A stretch of DNA of 61,005 nt, from assembly GCA_029247845.1 (NCBI GenBank), contig JAQWKM010000121.1, positions 1 to 61,005 of the forward strand, read 5' to 3'. The DNA comes from Paracoccaceae bacterium. GTDB lineage: Bacteria; Pseudomonadota; Alphaproteobacteria; Rhodobacterales; Rhodobacteraceae. The first letter of the stretch is position 1. Each line of letters starts with the position of its first letter. The notes under the pieces were generated by a model. That model saw only the letters and a program-made list of their open reading frames with translations. It ran no database searches and was not told where the DNA came from. Of the stretch, positions 19,410 to 27,396 are shown piece after piece. The translations under genes and the position numbers were made by a program.

Positions 19410-20563
19410 TATTTACGTTCTCCTGCGCCGAGTGGCGTCATTGGTGTTTCGTTAGGTACACGTCCGTAGGCATGGGGAAGTGAGCATGTCTCAAGCTCTG
19501 GCAAGACGCTGCGACCAAAATGCTCCGCCTCTTCAATATGTGGATAACCAGAAAAAATAAAGGAGCGCATGCCGATTTTTTTGTAACTCTCTATTTTTGA
19601 AAGTACTTGATCTCTTGACCCCACAAGGGCCGCGCCACAGCCCGAACGCGCGCGCCCAACCCCTGTCCACAAACTTGGTTCGATATAACCAAATTTATCT
19701 GCAAGATCACGGTTCTTGGATTGATGTGACACGCCCAAAGATGTTGAATCCAGCGCACGATCTCTTATCATTCTGCCATATTCATCATCAAGTTTTGCGA
19801 CAATATGCTCTGCATATTCTTTTGCTTCGACTTCTGTATCGCGCACAATCATATGGACGCGCAGGCCGTAATCTAATGTGCGACTATACTTTCTTGCAAC
19901 CTCATTGACGGCTTTCATGCGACCTTCAATATCCTCGATCTTTTCAGGCCACATCAGATAGACGTCACAGTGTTGACCGCATAATTCGAGCGCATCGGGA
20001 GAATAGCCGCCAAAGTACAATAATGGTCCACCCGCTTGATAAGGCTTAGCCGGATCAGTGGTGAGGCTTCTAAAATTATAGATTTCACCTTCATAGTCAA
20101 TTTTGTCTTGTGTCCATGCCTGTTTAAGAATTTCTACGACTTCCCGTGAACGGCGATAGCGAAATGCGCTGTCTTCCTTTTGTCCGGGAAAATCCGAGCT
20201 GATGATATTGACGGTCAACCGTCCTTCAAGCATGTGATCCAAAGTTGCTAGAGTGCGTGCCAACATGATGGGTTGCATCTCGCCACAACGCACCGCAGCG
20301 AGCATATTAATCTTGCTAGTAATCGGTGCACAACCGGCCACAAACGACAGCGTATCTTGCCCAACTTGATATGAAGATGGGCACAAAATATTACGAAAGC
20401 CTAGGTCTTCGGAAGTCTTTACGATTTTGGAACAATGCGCCCAGCTCGATCTTAAGTCGCCGTCTGGAATACCAAGAAATTGATAGTCATCCGAGCACAG
20501 AGCCGAGAACCAAGAGACTTCGGCGGCTTTAAGGTCTCTAGAGGTTATCGGCACGACGGTCAT
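19409..20563 (-). CDS. SsuD-family FMNH2-dependent sulfonate monooxygenase (LLM class); SmoC-like by context
   Basis: The 384-aa product is colinear with E. coli SsuD. Matching motifs are 'WFSAL..DYQFLG', 'LATLDHMLEGRLTVNII', 'PLLYFGGYSPDALEL', 'DVYLMWPE', 'LRVHMIVRDTEVEA', 'PSLWTGVGRARSGCGAALVGS' and 'FSGYPHIEEA'. Confidence 0.88.
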   Translation of the reverse strand: MTVVPITSRDLKAAEVSWFSALCSDDYQFLGIPDGDLRSSWAHCSKIVKTSEDLGFRNILCPSSYQVGQDTLSFVAGCAPITSKINMLAAVRCGEMQPIMLARTLATLDHMLEGRLTVNIISSDFPGQKEDSAFRYRRSREVVEILKQAWTQDKIDYEGEIYNFRSLTTDPAKPYQAGGPLLYFGGYSPDALELCGQHCDVYLMWPEKIEDIEGRMKAVNEVARKYSRTLDYGLRVHMIVRDTEVEAKEYAEHIVAKLDDEYGRMIRDRALDSTSLGVSHQSKNRDLADKFGYIEPSLWTGVGRARSGCGAALVGSRDQVLSKIESYKKIGMRSFIFSGYPHIEEAEHFGRSVLPELETCSLPHAYGRVPNETPMTPLGAGERK

Positions 20564-20615
20564 AATTTTCTCCAGAAGAATAACGCTTTACCTATTGCCT
20601 AACACTGTAAATGAT

Positions 20616-20636
20616 GTAGATCAATGGTGTATCAAT
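20616..20636. promoter_or_regulatory. Candidate operator: imperfect direct repeat in the divergent monooxygenase/GntR promoter region
   Basis: GTAGATCAAT (20616-20625) and GTGTATCAAT (20627-20636) match at 8 of 10 positions. They are spaced 11 bp centre to centre, inside the 89-bp divergent intergenic region. Confidence 0.25.
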
Positions 20637-20652
20637 TCTTATCTGTCAAACT

Positions 20653-21384
20653 TTGGGAAACGATCTTTTGTCAATCGACTACAAGCAAAAAAGCGCGAGT
20701 GCGCTACCTCGATTTATCCAAATTAGTGAATTTCTGGTCCGTGAGATTGCGGCTGGTCGGTTAGTTGATGGAGAGCGTCTGGCGCCCGAGAGAGACATGG
20801 CCAAAAGCCTTAATGTTTCCGTTGGCACGCTCAGAAAATCGCTCAAAGAGTTAGAAAAAATGGGGCTTCTTGAAAGCATCCAGGGCTCTGGGAATTACGT
20901 CCGTCAGAACCAGATCGATGGAAGCGTATATGCAATGTTTCGTCTTGAATTAATCAATGGAGGAGGGCTTCCAAAGGCTGATGTTTTAGATGTTTCCCTA
21001 CATGAAAAACCTCTAGATCTACCGAAATTTGGGGCTTCAAAAAGCGCTTCGCGGATAAGGCGGCTTCGTTATTTGAATGACACAATCATCGCTATTGAGG
21101 AAATTTGGCTTGATCAAAGTGTGGGCGTAATAGATTCGGTCGGAATTTCTGATTCGCTTTACCAGTACTATAGCAAGCATTTAGGTCTCTGGATCTCTCG
21201 GGCCGAGGACTATGTCGGCATAGGCAAAGTACCCGCTTGGGCGCCAGCAGCCTTTATCCTGTTACCGGGTACAATAACTGGCTTCATTGAAAGGTTTAGC
21301 TGGGGTTCCCAGGTGGCTCCAGTCGAATATTCGCGGACTTGGTTTGATACAAATCAGACACATTATGTACAAAGGCTTAAATAG
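20653..21384 (+). CDS. GntR-family transcriptional regulator (HutC subfamily, UTRA effector domain)
   Basis: It has the wHTH motif 'ERDMAKSLNVSVGTLRKSLKELEKMGLLESIQGSGNYV' and a C-terminal UTRA-like domain. It has a TTG start and is divergent from the monooxygenase operon. Confidence 0.85.
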   Translation: MGNDLLSIDYKQKSASALPRFIQISEFLVREIAAGRLVDGERLAPERDMAKSLNVSVGTLRKSLKELEKMGLLESIQGSGNYVRQNQIDGSVYAMFRLELINGGGLPKADVLDVSLHEKPLDLPKFGASKSASRIRRLRYLNDTIIAIEEIWLDQSVGVIDSVGISDSLYQYYSKHLGLWISRAEDYVGIGKVPAWAPAAFILLPGTITGFIERFSWGSQVAPVEYSRTWFDTNQTHYVQRLK

Positions 21385-21392
21385 AAAGGCCA

Positions 21393-22487
21393 ATGAGTAT
21401 GATAAATTATGGAATGATCGGTTGTGGGATGATGGGCCACGAGCATTTGCAGAATATAGCATTGCTTGAAGGCACCAATATATCAGTCATCTTTGAACCT
21501 GATTCAGGCATGGCAAGATCAGCTGTTGTGCTTGCACCTAACGCGATGTTAGTTCGTAGCTTGGATGAACTGTTAGAATTTTCCAATCTGGATTGTCTGG
21601 TCATTTGTAGCCCAAACTACTGTCACCTTGAACAAATGCAGCGTATTGCACAAAAAAATCCTCTTCCTTTGTTAGTTGAGAAGCCTCTTTTTACATCGTC
21701 TGATGATCAAATTGCGATTTTGGAATTTTCAAAGACCTATCCGGCACTGGTTTGGGTTGCGATGGAATATCGTTATATGCCCCCGATCGCGGCCTTTGTA
21801 GATAAAGTCGATAGTGTTACGGGCGGTGTTAAAATGCTCACAATCCGCGAGCATCGGTTTCCATTTCTCAAGAAAATTGGGAATTGGAATCGTTTTAACA
21901 ATAAAACAGGTGGTACATTTGTTGAGAAATGCTGTCATTTCTTTGATCTTATGCGCTTGATTATAAAATCCGAGCCGGTGCGCATCATGGCAAGTGCAGG
22001 ACAAGACGTTAATCACCTTGAGGAAAGATACGAAGGTCAGGTTCCGGATATCTTGGATAATGGTTATGTGCTTGTTGATTTTGAAAATGGTGCAAGAGCA
22101 ATGCTAGAGCTTTGTATGTTTGCCGAAGGTTCCCAGTATCAGGAAGAAATCTCTGCTGTTGGTACAAGGGGAAAACTAGAAGCAAAAGTGCCTGGCCCTG
22201 GCCGGTTCTGGCCCAAGGAATTGTGTGCGCCTCCGGTTCCACTACTTCTAGAAAGCCCGCGCTTTCCAAAAAGACCAGTGACAAGTGAGGTGGCTGTTGA
22301 TCCGACTATTTTGAACGCAGGTGATCACAATGGCGCGACATTCTACCAACACAAGCTATTCCTAGATATGGTCAAAGGGCAAAAAAGCGCTCCGGATGTC
22401 AGTTTAGGAGATGGGTATAAGGCTGTTATTATGGGGATGGCTGCTCAGGAAAGTGCTGCCACGGGTAGGACCGTAGAGTTTGATTAG
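21393..22487 (+). CDS. Gfo/Idh/MocA family oxidoreductase (paralogue 4), co-transcribed with the GntR gene
   Basis: It has 'INYGMIGCGMMGHEH', 'VEKPL' and 'GGTFVEKCCHFFDLM'. It begins 8 nt after the regulator stop. Confidence 0.85.
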   Translation: MSMINYGMIGCGMMGHEHLQNIALLEGTNISVIFEPDSGMARSAVVLAPNAMLVRSLDELLEFSNLDCLVICSPNYCHLEQMQRIAQKNPLPLLVEKPLFTSSDDQIAILEFSKTYPALVWVAMEYRYMPPIAAFVDKVDSVTGGVKMLTIREHRFPFLKKIGNWNRFNNKTGGTFVEKCCHFFDLMRLIIKSEPVRIMASAGQDVNHLEERYEGQVPDILDNGYVLVDFENGARAMLELCMFAEGSQYQEEISAVGTRGKLEAKVPGPGRFWPKELCAPPVPLLLESPRFPKRPVTSEVAVDPTILNAGDHNGATFYQHKLFLDMVKGQKSAPDVSLGDGYKAVIMGMAAQESAATGRTVEFD

Positions 22488-22579
22488 TGATGGTCAGTGT
22501 TGAAATATAAATCAGTGCTTTTTCATGTGACAACTTGGGGCTATCGTTGTTTTGATTACAAGAATATGGACACATCATA

Positions 22580-23533
22580 ATGATTGATCTTAACAAAACT
22601 GAAATTGTTGGGAACTTTGACTTTGACACTGCTGTCGACGCGATAAAGGACAGTTATATCGCCGCTTCGAACAAGGCTGTCACTTTGCCACCAGTGGGCC
22701 ACATTGAGTTTCCCCAATCGAATGGCGATTGTCATATTAAAGCTGGCCACATTCATGGCCAGTCGGCTTTTGTCATCAAAATTGCAACTGGATTTTACGA
22801 TAATCCAAAAAAGGGCCTTCCTTCTTCAAACGGAATGATGGTCGCCTTTAGCGCAAAGACTGGCGAACCTCTTGCTGTTTTGAAAGATGAAGGCTGGCTG
22901 ACCGATATGCGGACCGGAATTGGAGGAGCGCTGGCAACACGTGCGCTTGCACGGCCAGATGCCCGGCGCGTCTTAATTCTTGGAGCAGGGCTGCAATGCT
23001 TATTTCAAGCAGAGTGTCTTGAAAAGCTTTCACCTGAACCTTTGGACTATGTTGTCTGGGGCCGGTCTGTGCAGAAGGCTGAGATTGCAGTGAAACGGTT
23101 AGCGGACATTGGCCTAAAGGCACGAAGCGTGGAAAATCTTCAAGATGCAGTTGCCAATGCCGAGATCATAATAACGACGACACCCTCAACCAAGCCACTT
23201 ATTGTTTTAGATTGGGTGCGTCCGGGAACGCATATTACGGCCATTGGAGCTGATTGCCCGGGAAAGCAGGAGCTTGAGACGGATCTTGTTTTAAGCGCCG
23301 AACTGGCGGTGTGCGATTTAACTGGACAAAGTTTGGATCATGGTGAATTCCAACATGCGCACTCAAGTGGTAGATTATCTAATGTGGTCGAACTGGGTCA
23401 GGTCCTTAGCAAGGATCACTCTGGTCGACCATCCAAAGACGCAATTACAATCGCAGATCTGACAGGAATTGCGCCTCAGGATATTGCGATTACTGGCGCA
23501 GTGCTTGATGCGTTCACGGCAAGGTCTGAATAG
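22580..23533 (+). CDS. Ornithine cyclodeaminase / mu-crystallin family protein
   Basis: It has 'WLTDMRTGIGGALATRALA', 'VLILGAGLQCLFQAE', 'IIITTTPS' and 'GTHITAIGADCPGKQEL'. The length is 317 aa. Confidence 0.85.
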   Translation: MIDLNKTEIVGNFDFDTAVDAIKDSYIAASNKAVTLPPVGHIEFPQSNGDCHIKAGHIHGQSAFVIKIATGFYDNPKKGLPSSNGMMVAFSAKTGEPLAVLKDEGWLTDMRTGIGGALATRALARPDARRVLILGAGLQCLFQAECLEKLSPEPLDYVVWGRSVQKAEIAVKRLADIGLKARSVENLQDAVANAEIIITTTPSTKPLIVLDWVRPGTHITAIGADCPGKQELETDLVLSAELAVCDLTGQSLDHGEFQHAHSSGRLSNVVELGQVLSKDHSGRPSKDAITIADLTGIAPQDIAITGAVLDAFTARSE

Positions 23534-23553
23534 TAAGATACATTTTTTGAGGC

Positions 23554-24402
23554 TTAGTCCTCTAGCATTGCTTCCAACCCGGCTTTATAATCGGGATATA
23601 AAAGTGTGACCCCCAATTCCAATTTTATTCGGGTATTGTCCACTTTTTTATTTTCGGCATAAAAACTTCTGGCCATTGGGCTGAGATCGGCGTCGTCAAA
23701 GTTTACAATTGGTGGAAGTGGTAGCCCAAGTAGCTCTGCGGCGTAACCGATCACATCTTGGGGAGGCGCAGGGTCGTTGTCACAGACGTTATAAACTTGT
23801 CTCGGATTAGGTGCATTCAGTGAGGCAAGCAAAACTTGTGCAATATCATCCACATGGATGCGGCTGAAAACCTGTCCTTTTTTGATAATCCGCTTCGCTG
23901 TTCCACTTCGTACCTTGGAAAAGGGGCCGCGGCCCGGCCCGTAAATGCCTGCTAGCCGAAAAATATGCATTGGAAGGTCTGATATAGATTGCCAGCCTTG
24001 CTCTGCACTTAGTCGGAGTTGACCGCGTTTTGTCTGTGGGTTTAGCGGTGTTTCTTCATCAACCCATTGACCGTTAAAATCTCCGTAAACCCCTGTTGTG
24101 GACAAATACCCCACCCAATCTAGGTTAGCGGCATATTTTTCAAACAACTTGTTATACCGCAGAAAAACGGGATCGCCTTCCTCATTAGGACCAACTGATA
24201 TCAAAACTGCAGTTGCCTTAGAGAATGCCTCCTCGATCCCGCTATCTCCCCAAAGATAGGGTTCAATGCCCGTTTCGCCTAATTCGGGCAATTTATTTTT
24301 ATCGCGAGTCGTGCCACTAATCTTCCAACCTACTGGCAGTAGTCTATTAGCCAGAGCTTGTGCCGAATAGCCATGACCAAAAGAAAGTAAGTGCTTATAC
24401 AT
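23554..24402 (-). CDS. SDR/NAD-dependent epimerase-dehydratase family protein (atypical)
   Basis: The 282-aa product has an N-terminal 'LLSFGHGYSAQALA' motif (a degenerate Rossmann fold). It also has 'YLSTTGVYGD' and 'RLAGIYGPGRGPF', typical of this conserved alphaproteobacterial SDR group. Confidence 0.7.
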   Translation of the reverse strand: MYKHLLSFGHGYSAQALANRLLPVGWKISGTTRDKNKLPELGETGIEPYLWGDSGIEEAFSKATAVLISVGPNEEGDPVFLRYNKLFEKYAANLDWVGYLSTTGVYGDFNGQWVDEETPLNPQTKRGQLRLSAEQGWQSISDLPMHIFRLAGIYGPGRGPFSKVRSGTAKRIIKKGQVFSRIHVDDIAQVLLASLNAPNPRQVYNVCDNDPAPPQDVIGYAAELLGLPLPPIVNFDDADLSPMARSFYAENKKVDNTRIKLELGVTLLYPDYKAGLEAMLED

Positions 24403-24491
24403 AGAGGTAATTGGCCATGTAATTGAAAGAGTTTCAACCCAGAGCCAACATTTCTCTTGAATTTTGATAAAAAGATTGTTCGACTTTATCT

Positions 24492-25121
24492 ATGAGCGAT
24501 AAAAAACCAAGCCTTGAGTTAGCCTATTCTCTTAAATCGGTACAAGATAACCGCGAGCTTTATGCGGCTTGGGCAGAGGATTATGACCAAGAATTTGCAT
24601 CTGAAATGGATTATATTCTGCCCGGTCGCGTGGCCCAGATATTTCTGGATGTGGCTGGCAAAGGGCCTGTTCTTGATGTGGGAGCTGGTACAGGGTTAGT
24701 GGGTCATGCCCTTGCAAAACTGGGCTTACAGCCAATTGATGCGATGGATCTGTCACGCGCTATGCTGGATGTGGCGTCAAAAAAAGGGATTTACCGCAAT
24801 CTTTTTGCTGCTGATATTACTAAGCCGATAGAGATGGTTGGGGAAACTTATCAGGGGATCATATCGTCAGGGACGTTTACGCGTGGGCATGTTGGGCCGG
24901 GGGGCATTGACTACTTGCTGCCACTTGCTCAAAAGGGAGCATATTTTGTTTTGGCGATTAATAAAATCCATTGGGCTGAAAAAGGTTTTTCTGAAAAATT
25001 TGAGGCTCTAGTGGGGAGCATTTCAAAGCCTGTGATGTGCGATATTGAGATATATGGCAAAAATTCAAAAGGGGGCCACAGCAGAGATATAGGGATCGTT
25101 GTGATTTTTCAAAAGCTATAG
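24492..25121 (+). CDS. Class I SAM-dependent methyltransferase
   Basis: It has motif I 'VLDVGAGTGLVG' and post-I 'DAMDLSRAML'. The length is 209 aa. Confidence 0.8.
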   Translation: MSDKKPSLELAYSLKSVQDNRELYAAWAEDYDQEFASEMDYILPGRVAQIFLDVAGKGPVLDVGAGTGLVGHALAKLGLQPIDAMDLSRAMLDVASKKGIYRNLFAADITKPIEMVGETYQGIISSGTFTRGHVGPGGIDYLLPLAQKGAYFVLAINKIHWAEKGFSEKFEALVGSISKPVMCDIEIYGKNSKGGHSRDIGIVVIFQKL

Positions 25122-25348
25122 ATCCTCTTTAACGTATCTTTGCGACTAAATTATATTGGCCATTGGCACCCTAATAAATACTATAGAAAAAATCAAACCT
25201 TTTGGATGGGATTGGAGGCTCAGCGAATCGATCATTAGTTCTTTGCTGGAATGGTAGCTTTTTCTCTTTGATTAAACTCTATTCGATATTGGTGCATAAT
25301 TTGGGCTCGACATCTTACTCTCATCGTTAAAGAATACTGAACAATTTC

Positions 25349-27049
25349 CTAAGTATAACTAATGATAAGCGAAAAGGCTAATAAAACAGCAATCCAAAGC
25401 GCCATAGCGCCCGTTGGTCGGACGCTAGATATCCCTGCTTCGGGACCGTATACTTTATGCAGTAAATTCAAAATTTCCGCAAAACCTGTTTTGACAAGGT
25501 TCGCGGCATCGTCCCATACAGAAGTAAATCCCTTGTAAAGTATAGCAGTAACATTTGGCAGAAATTTGCGATAAATCCAATCTGTGTCCAGATTAATAGC
25601 GCGCACTTCAGGTGGATGAATTCCTGTCTTCATCAAGAATGCAAAGGCTAAGAGGGCAAAACACAGCAGTTGTAGCTGTCCCACGACATGACCCATTGTA
25701 TATGGATGGAATTCGACCTCATAGGGCAAAAGCGCATAAAGTGGTTCCGGATATACTCCAATAAAGATGCATAAGAATGCAGTAAAACCCATTGCCAGTT
25801 GCATATTGATAGGTGCTTCTTTCGGGCGCAATCCGCTATCATGGCCAAAAAAAGTAAAATAGGGGATTTTAATGCCCGAATGGGACAGAACGCCTGCAGA
25901 GGCAAAAACGAGAATCGCCCAAATAATGGTGTAATGTTTTTCCGCTGAGGCATCGATAATCAGAGATTTGGTAACAAAACCCGAAAAGAGTGGGAAGGCG
26001 GAAATTGATGCGGCCCCGATCAAGCAGAAGATGGCTGTTCTGGGCATGGTCCGACATAAGCCTCCCAGTTCAGATGCTTTGCTCGTCCCCGTTCGGAAAA
26101 GAACTGCGCCAACACTCATAAAGAGCAGAGCTTTGTACAGAATATGGGCAAAGGCATGAGAGGCTGTTCCGTTCAATGCCATCTCGGTTCCAATACCGAT
26201 GCCGACGACCATAAATCCTAATTGATTATTAAGGCTATAGGCCAAAACCCGTCGTAAGTCGTTTTCTATTTCGGCAAAGAAAATTGGGAAAAGTGTCATT
26301 ATGGCACCGATATAAATGAGAATCTCAGTGCCAGCAAAGCCACGCGCCAAAGCATAAACCGCTAGTTTGGTTGTAAATGCCGAAAGGATCACTGTGCCCG
26401 TGACTGTCGCGGCAGGATAACTGTCTTGGAGCCAGTTGTGCAGGAAGGGAAAGGCACACTTCATACCGAACGACAAGAAGATTAGCCAAGTCCCAATCGA
26501 GCCAAGCGTCATTTGTTCAAATGCGATTGATCCTGTTTCGCGCCATATTAAAGCGGTCCCTGCCAGCAAGATGACGCCGGAGGTGATCTGGATTATTAGA
26601 TAGCGCAGGCCCGTTTGATAAGAGGCCTCTGTGCCTCTTGCCCAAATGAGAAAAACCGATGCAATAGCCGTTCCTTCCCAGTAGAAAAATAGCGTGACAA
26701 GGTCTCCAGCAAAAACGGCCCCAAGTGCCGAACCTGCATAAAATAGTGCTGCAAGTTGCTGAACTGTGTCTCGAACATGCCAAGCATAGAGGTTGCCCAA
26801 AAACGCTGCAAGGCAAAAGATCAAAGCAAACACACGAGAAAGCTTATCGACCCGCATCATATCCAGGGTTTGACCAAAAAGTTCGATCTGAGCAAACACA
26901 CCAACGGGTAAGTTATAGACCTGCCATCCAGCGAGGATCGGAATGAGAAGAGATATCGCAGACCGAATGCGCCCACTGGGCAGGAGAGCTACGATAATTG
27001 CGCCTGCAAAAAAGATAAAGGCCGTTGGAAGAATATCAAACATCGCCAT
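25349..27049 (-). CDS. mnhD: Proton-conducting antiporter-like membrane subunit (MrpD/NuoL-like, D3) with C-terminal amphipathic extension plus terminal TM
   Basis: It has the Proton_antipo_M core ('FLHNWLQDSYPAATVTGTVILSAFTTKLAVYAL', 'GTASHAFAHILYKALLFM'). The start is probably 'MAMFDIL' (27049), with GGAG upstream. The track ORF extends to 27088. Confidence 0.85.
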   Translation of the reverse strand: MAMFDILPTAFIFFAGAIIVALLPSGRIRSAISLLIPILAGWQVYNLPVGVFAQIELFGQTLDMMRVDKLSRVFALIFCLAAFLGNLYAWHVRDTVQQLAALFYAGSALGAVFAGDLVTLFFYWEGTAIASVFLIWARGTEASYQTGLRYLIIQITSGVILLAGTALIWRETGSIAFEQMTLGSIGTWLIFLSFGMKCAFPFLHNWLQDSYPAATVTGTVILSAFTTKLAVYALARGFAGTEILIYIGAIMTLFPIFFAEIENDLRRVLAYSLNNQLGFMVVGIGIGTEMALNGTASHAFAHILYKALLFMSVGAVLFRTGTSKASELGGLCRTMPRTAIFCLIGAASISAFPLFSGFVTKSLIIDASAEKHYTIIWAILVFASAGVLSHSGIKIPYFTFFGHDSGLRPKEAPINMQLAMGFTAFLCIFIGVYPEPLYALLPYEVEFHPYTMGHVVGQLQLLCFALLAFAFLMKTGIHPPEVRAINLDTDWIYRKFLPNVTAILYKGFTSVWDDAANLVKTGFAEILNLLHKVYGPEAGISSVRPTGAMALWIAVLLAFSLIISYT

Positions 27050-27386
27050 GTTCCATCTTCTCCAGCTGCTCTGGCGGATAATCTTCATGATCTATCGCGC
27101 TATCACCATAATAGTCCTCGGGACGCTGGATAAAAAACCGTAGCGATTTTGCGGCCAATATAAGCGCGGTAAACATTACAAACCCATAAAACCCATAAAA
27201 GCCTTTGTATTCTTCTACGGCAAAGTGCCCGTGTTTATGATAGGCAAAATCCGCTAGGAATAAAAGAATGCAGATCGCGATAAGGACCCCTACAATCGTC
27301 TTGGAATTCTTGGGATTTATAAACCATACCAGTAGCCGACCCAGCGCGGGGTTGTCTTCTGATTTATCTGAGGGGATATGATCCAT
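27036..27386 (-). CDS. Small two-TM membrane protein of unknown function embedded in the Mrp-like operon
   Basis: The ATG at 27386 is preceded by GAGGAG. The track ORF starts at 27413, inside the upstream gene. There are two hydrophobic helices ('IVGVLIAICILLFLADFAY', 'FYGFVMFTALILAAKSL'). Both termini are acidic. Confidence 0.65.
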   Translation of the reverse strand: MDHIPSDKSEDNPALGRLLVWFINPKNSKTIVGVLIAICILLFLADFAYHKHGHFAVEEYKGFYGFYGFVMFTALILAAKSLRFFIQRPEDYYGDSAIDHEDYPPEQLEKMEHGDV

Positions 27387-27396
27387 CAACTTCTCC

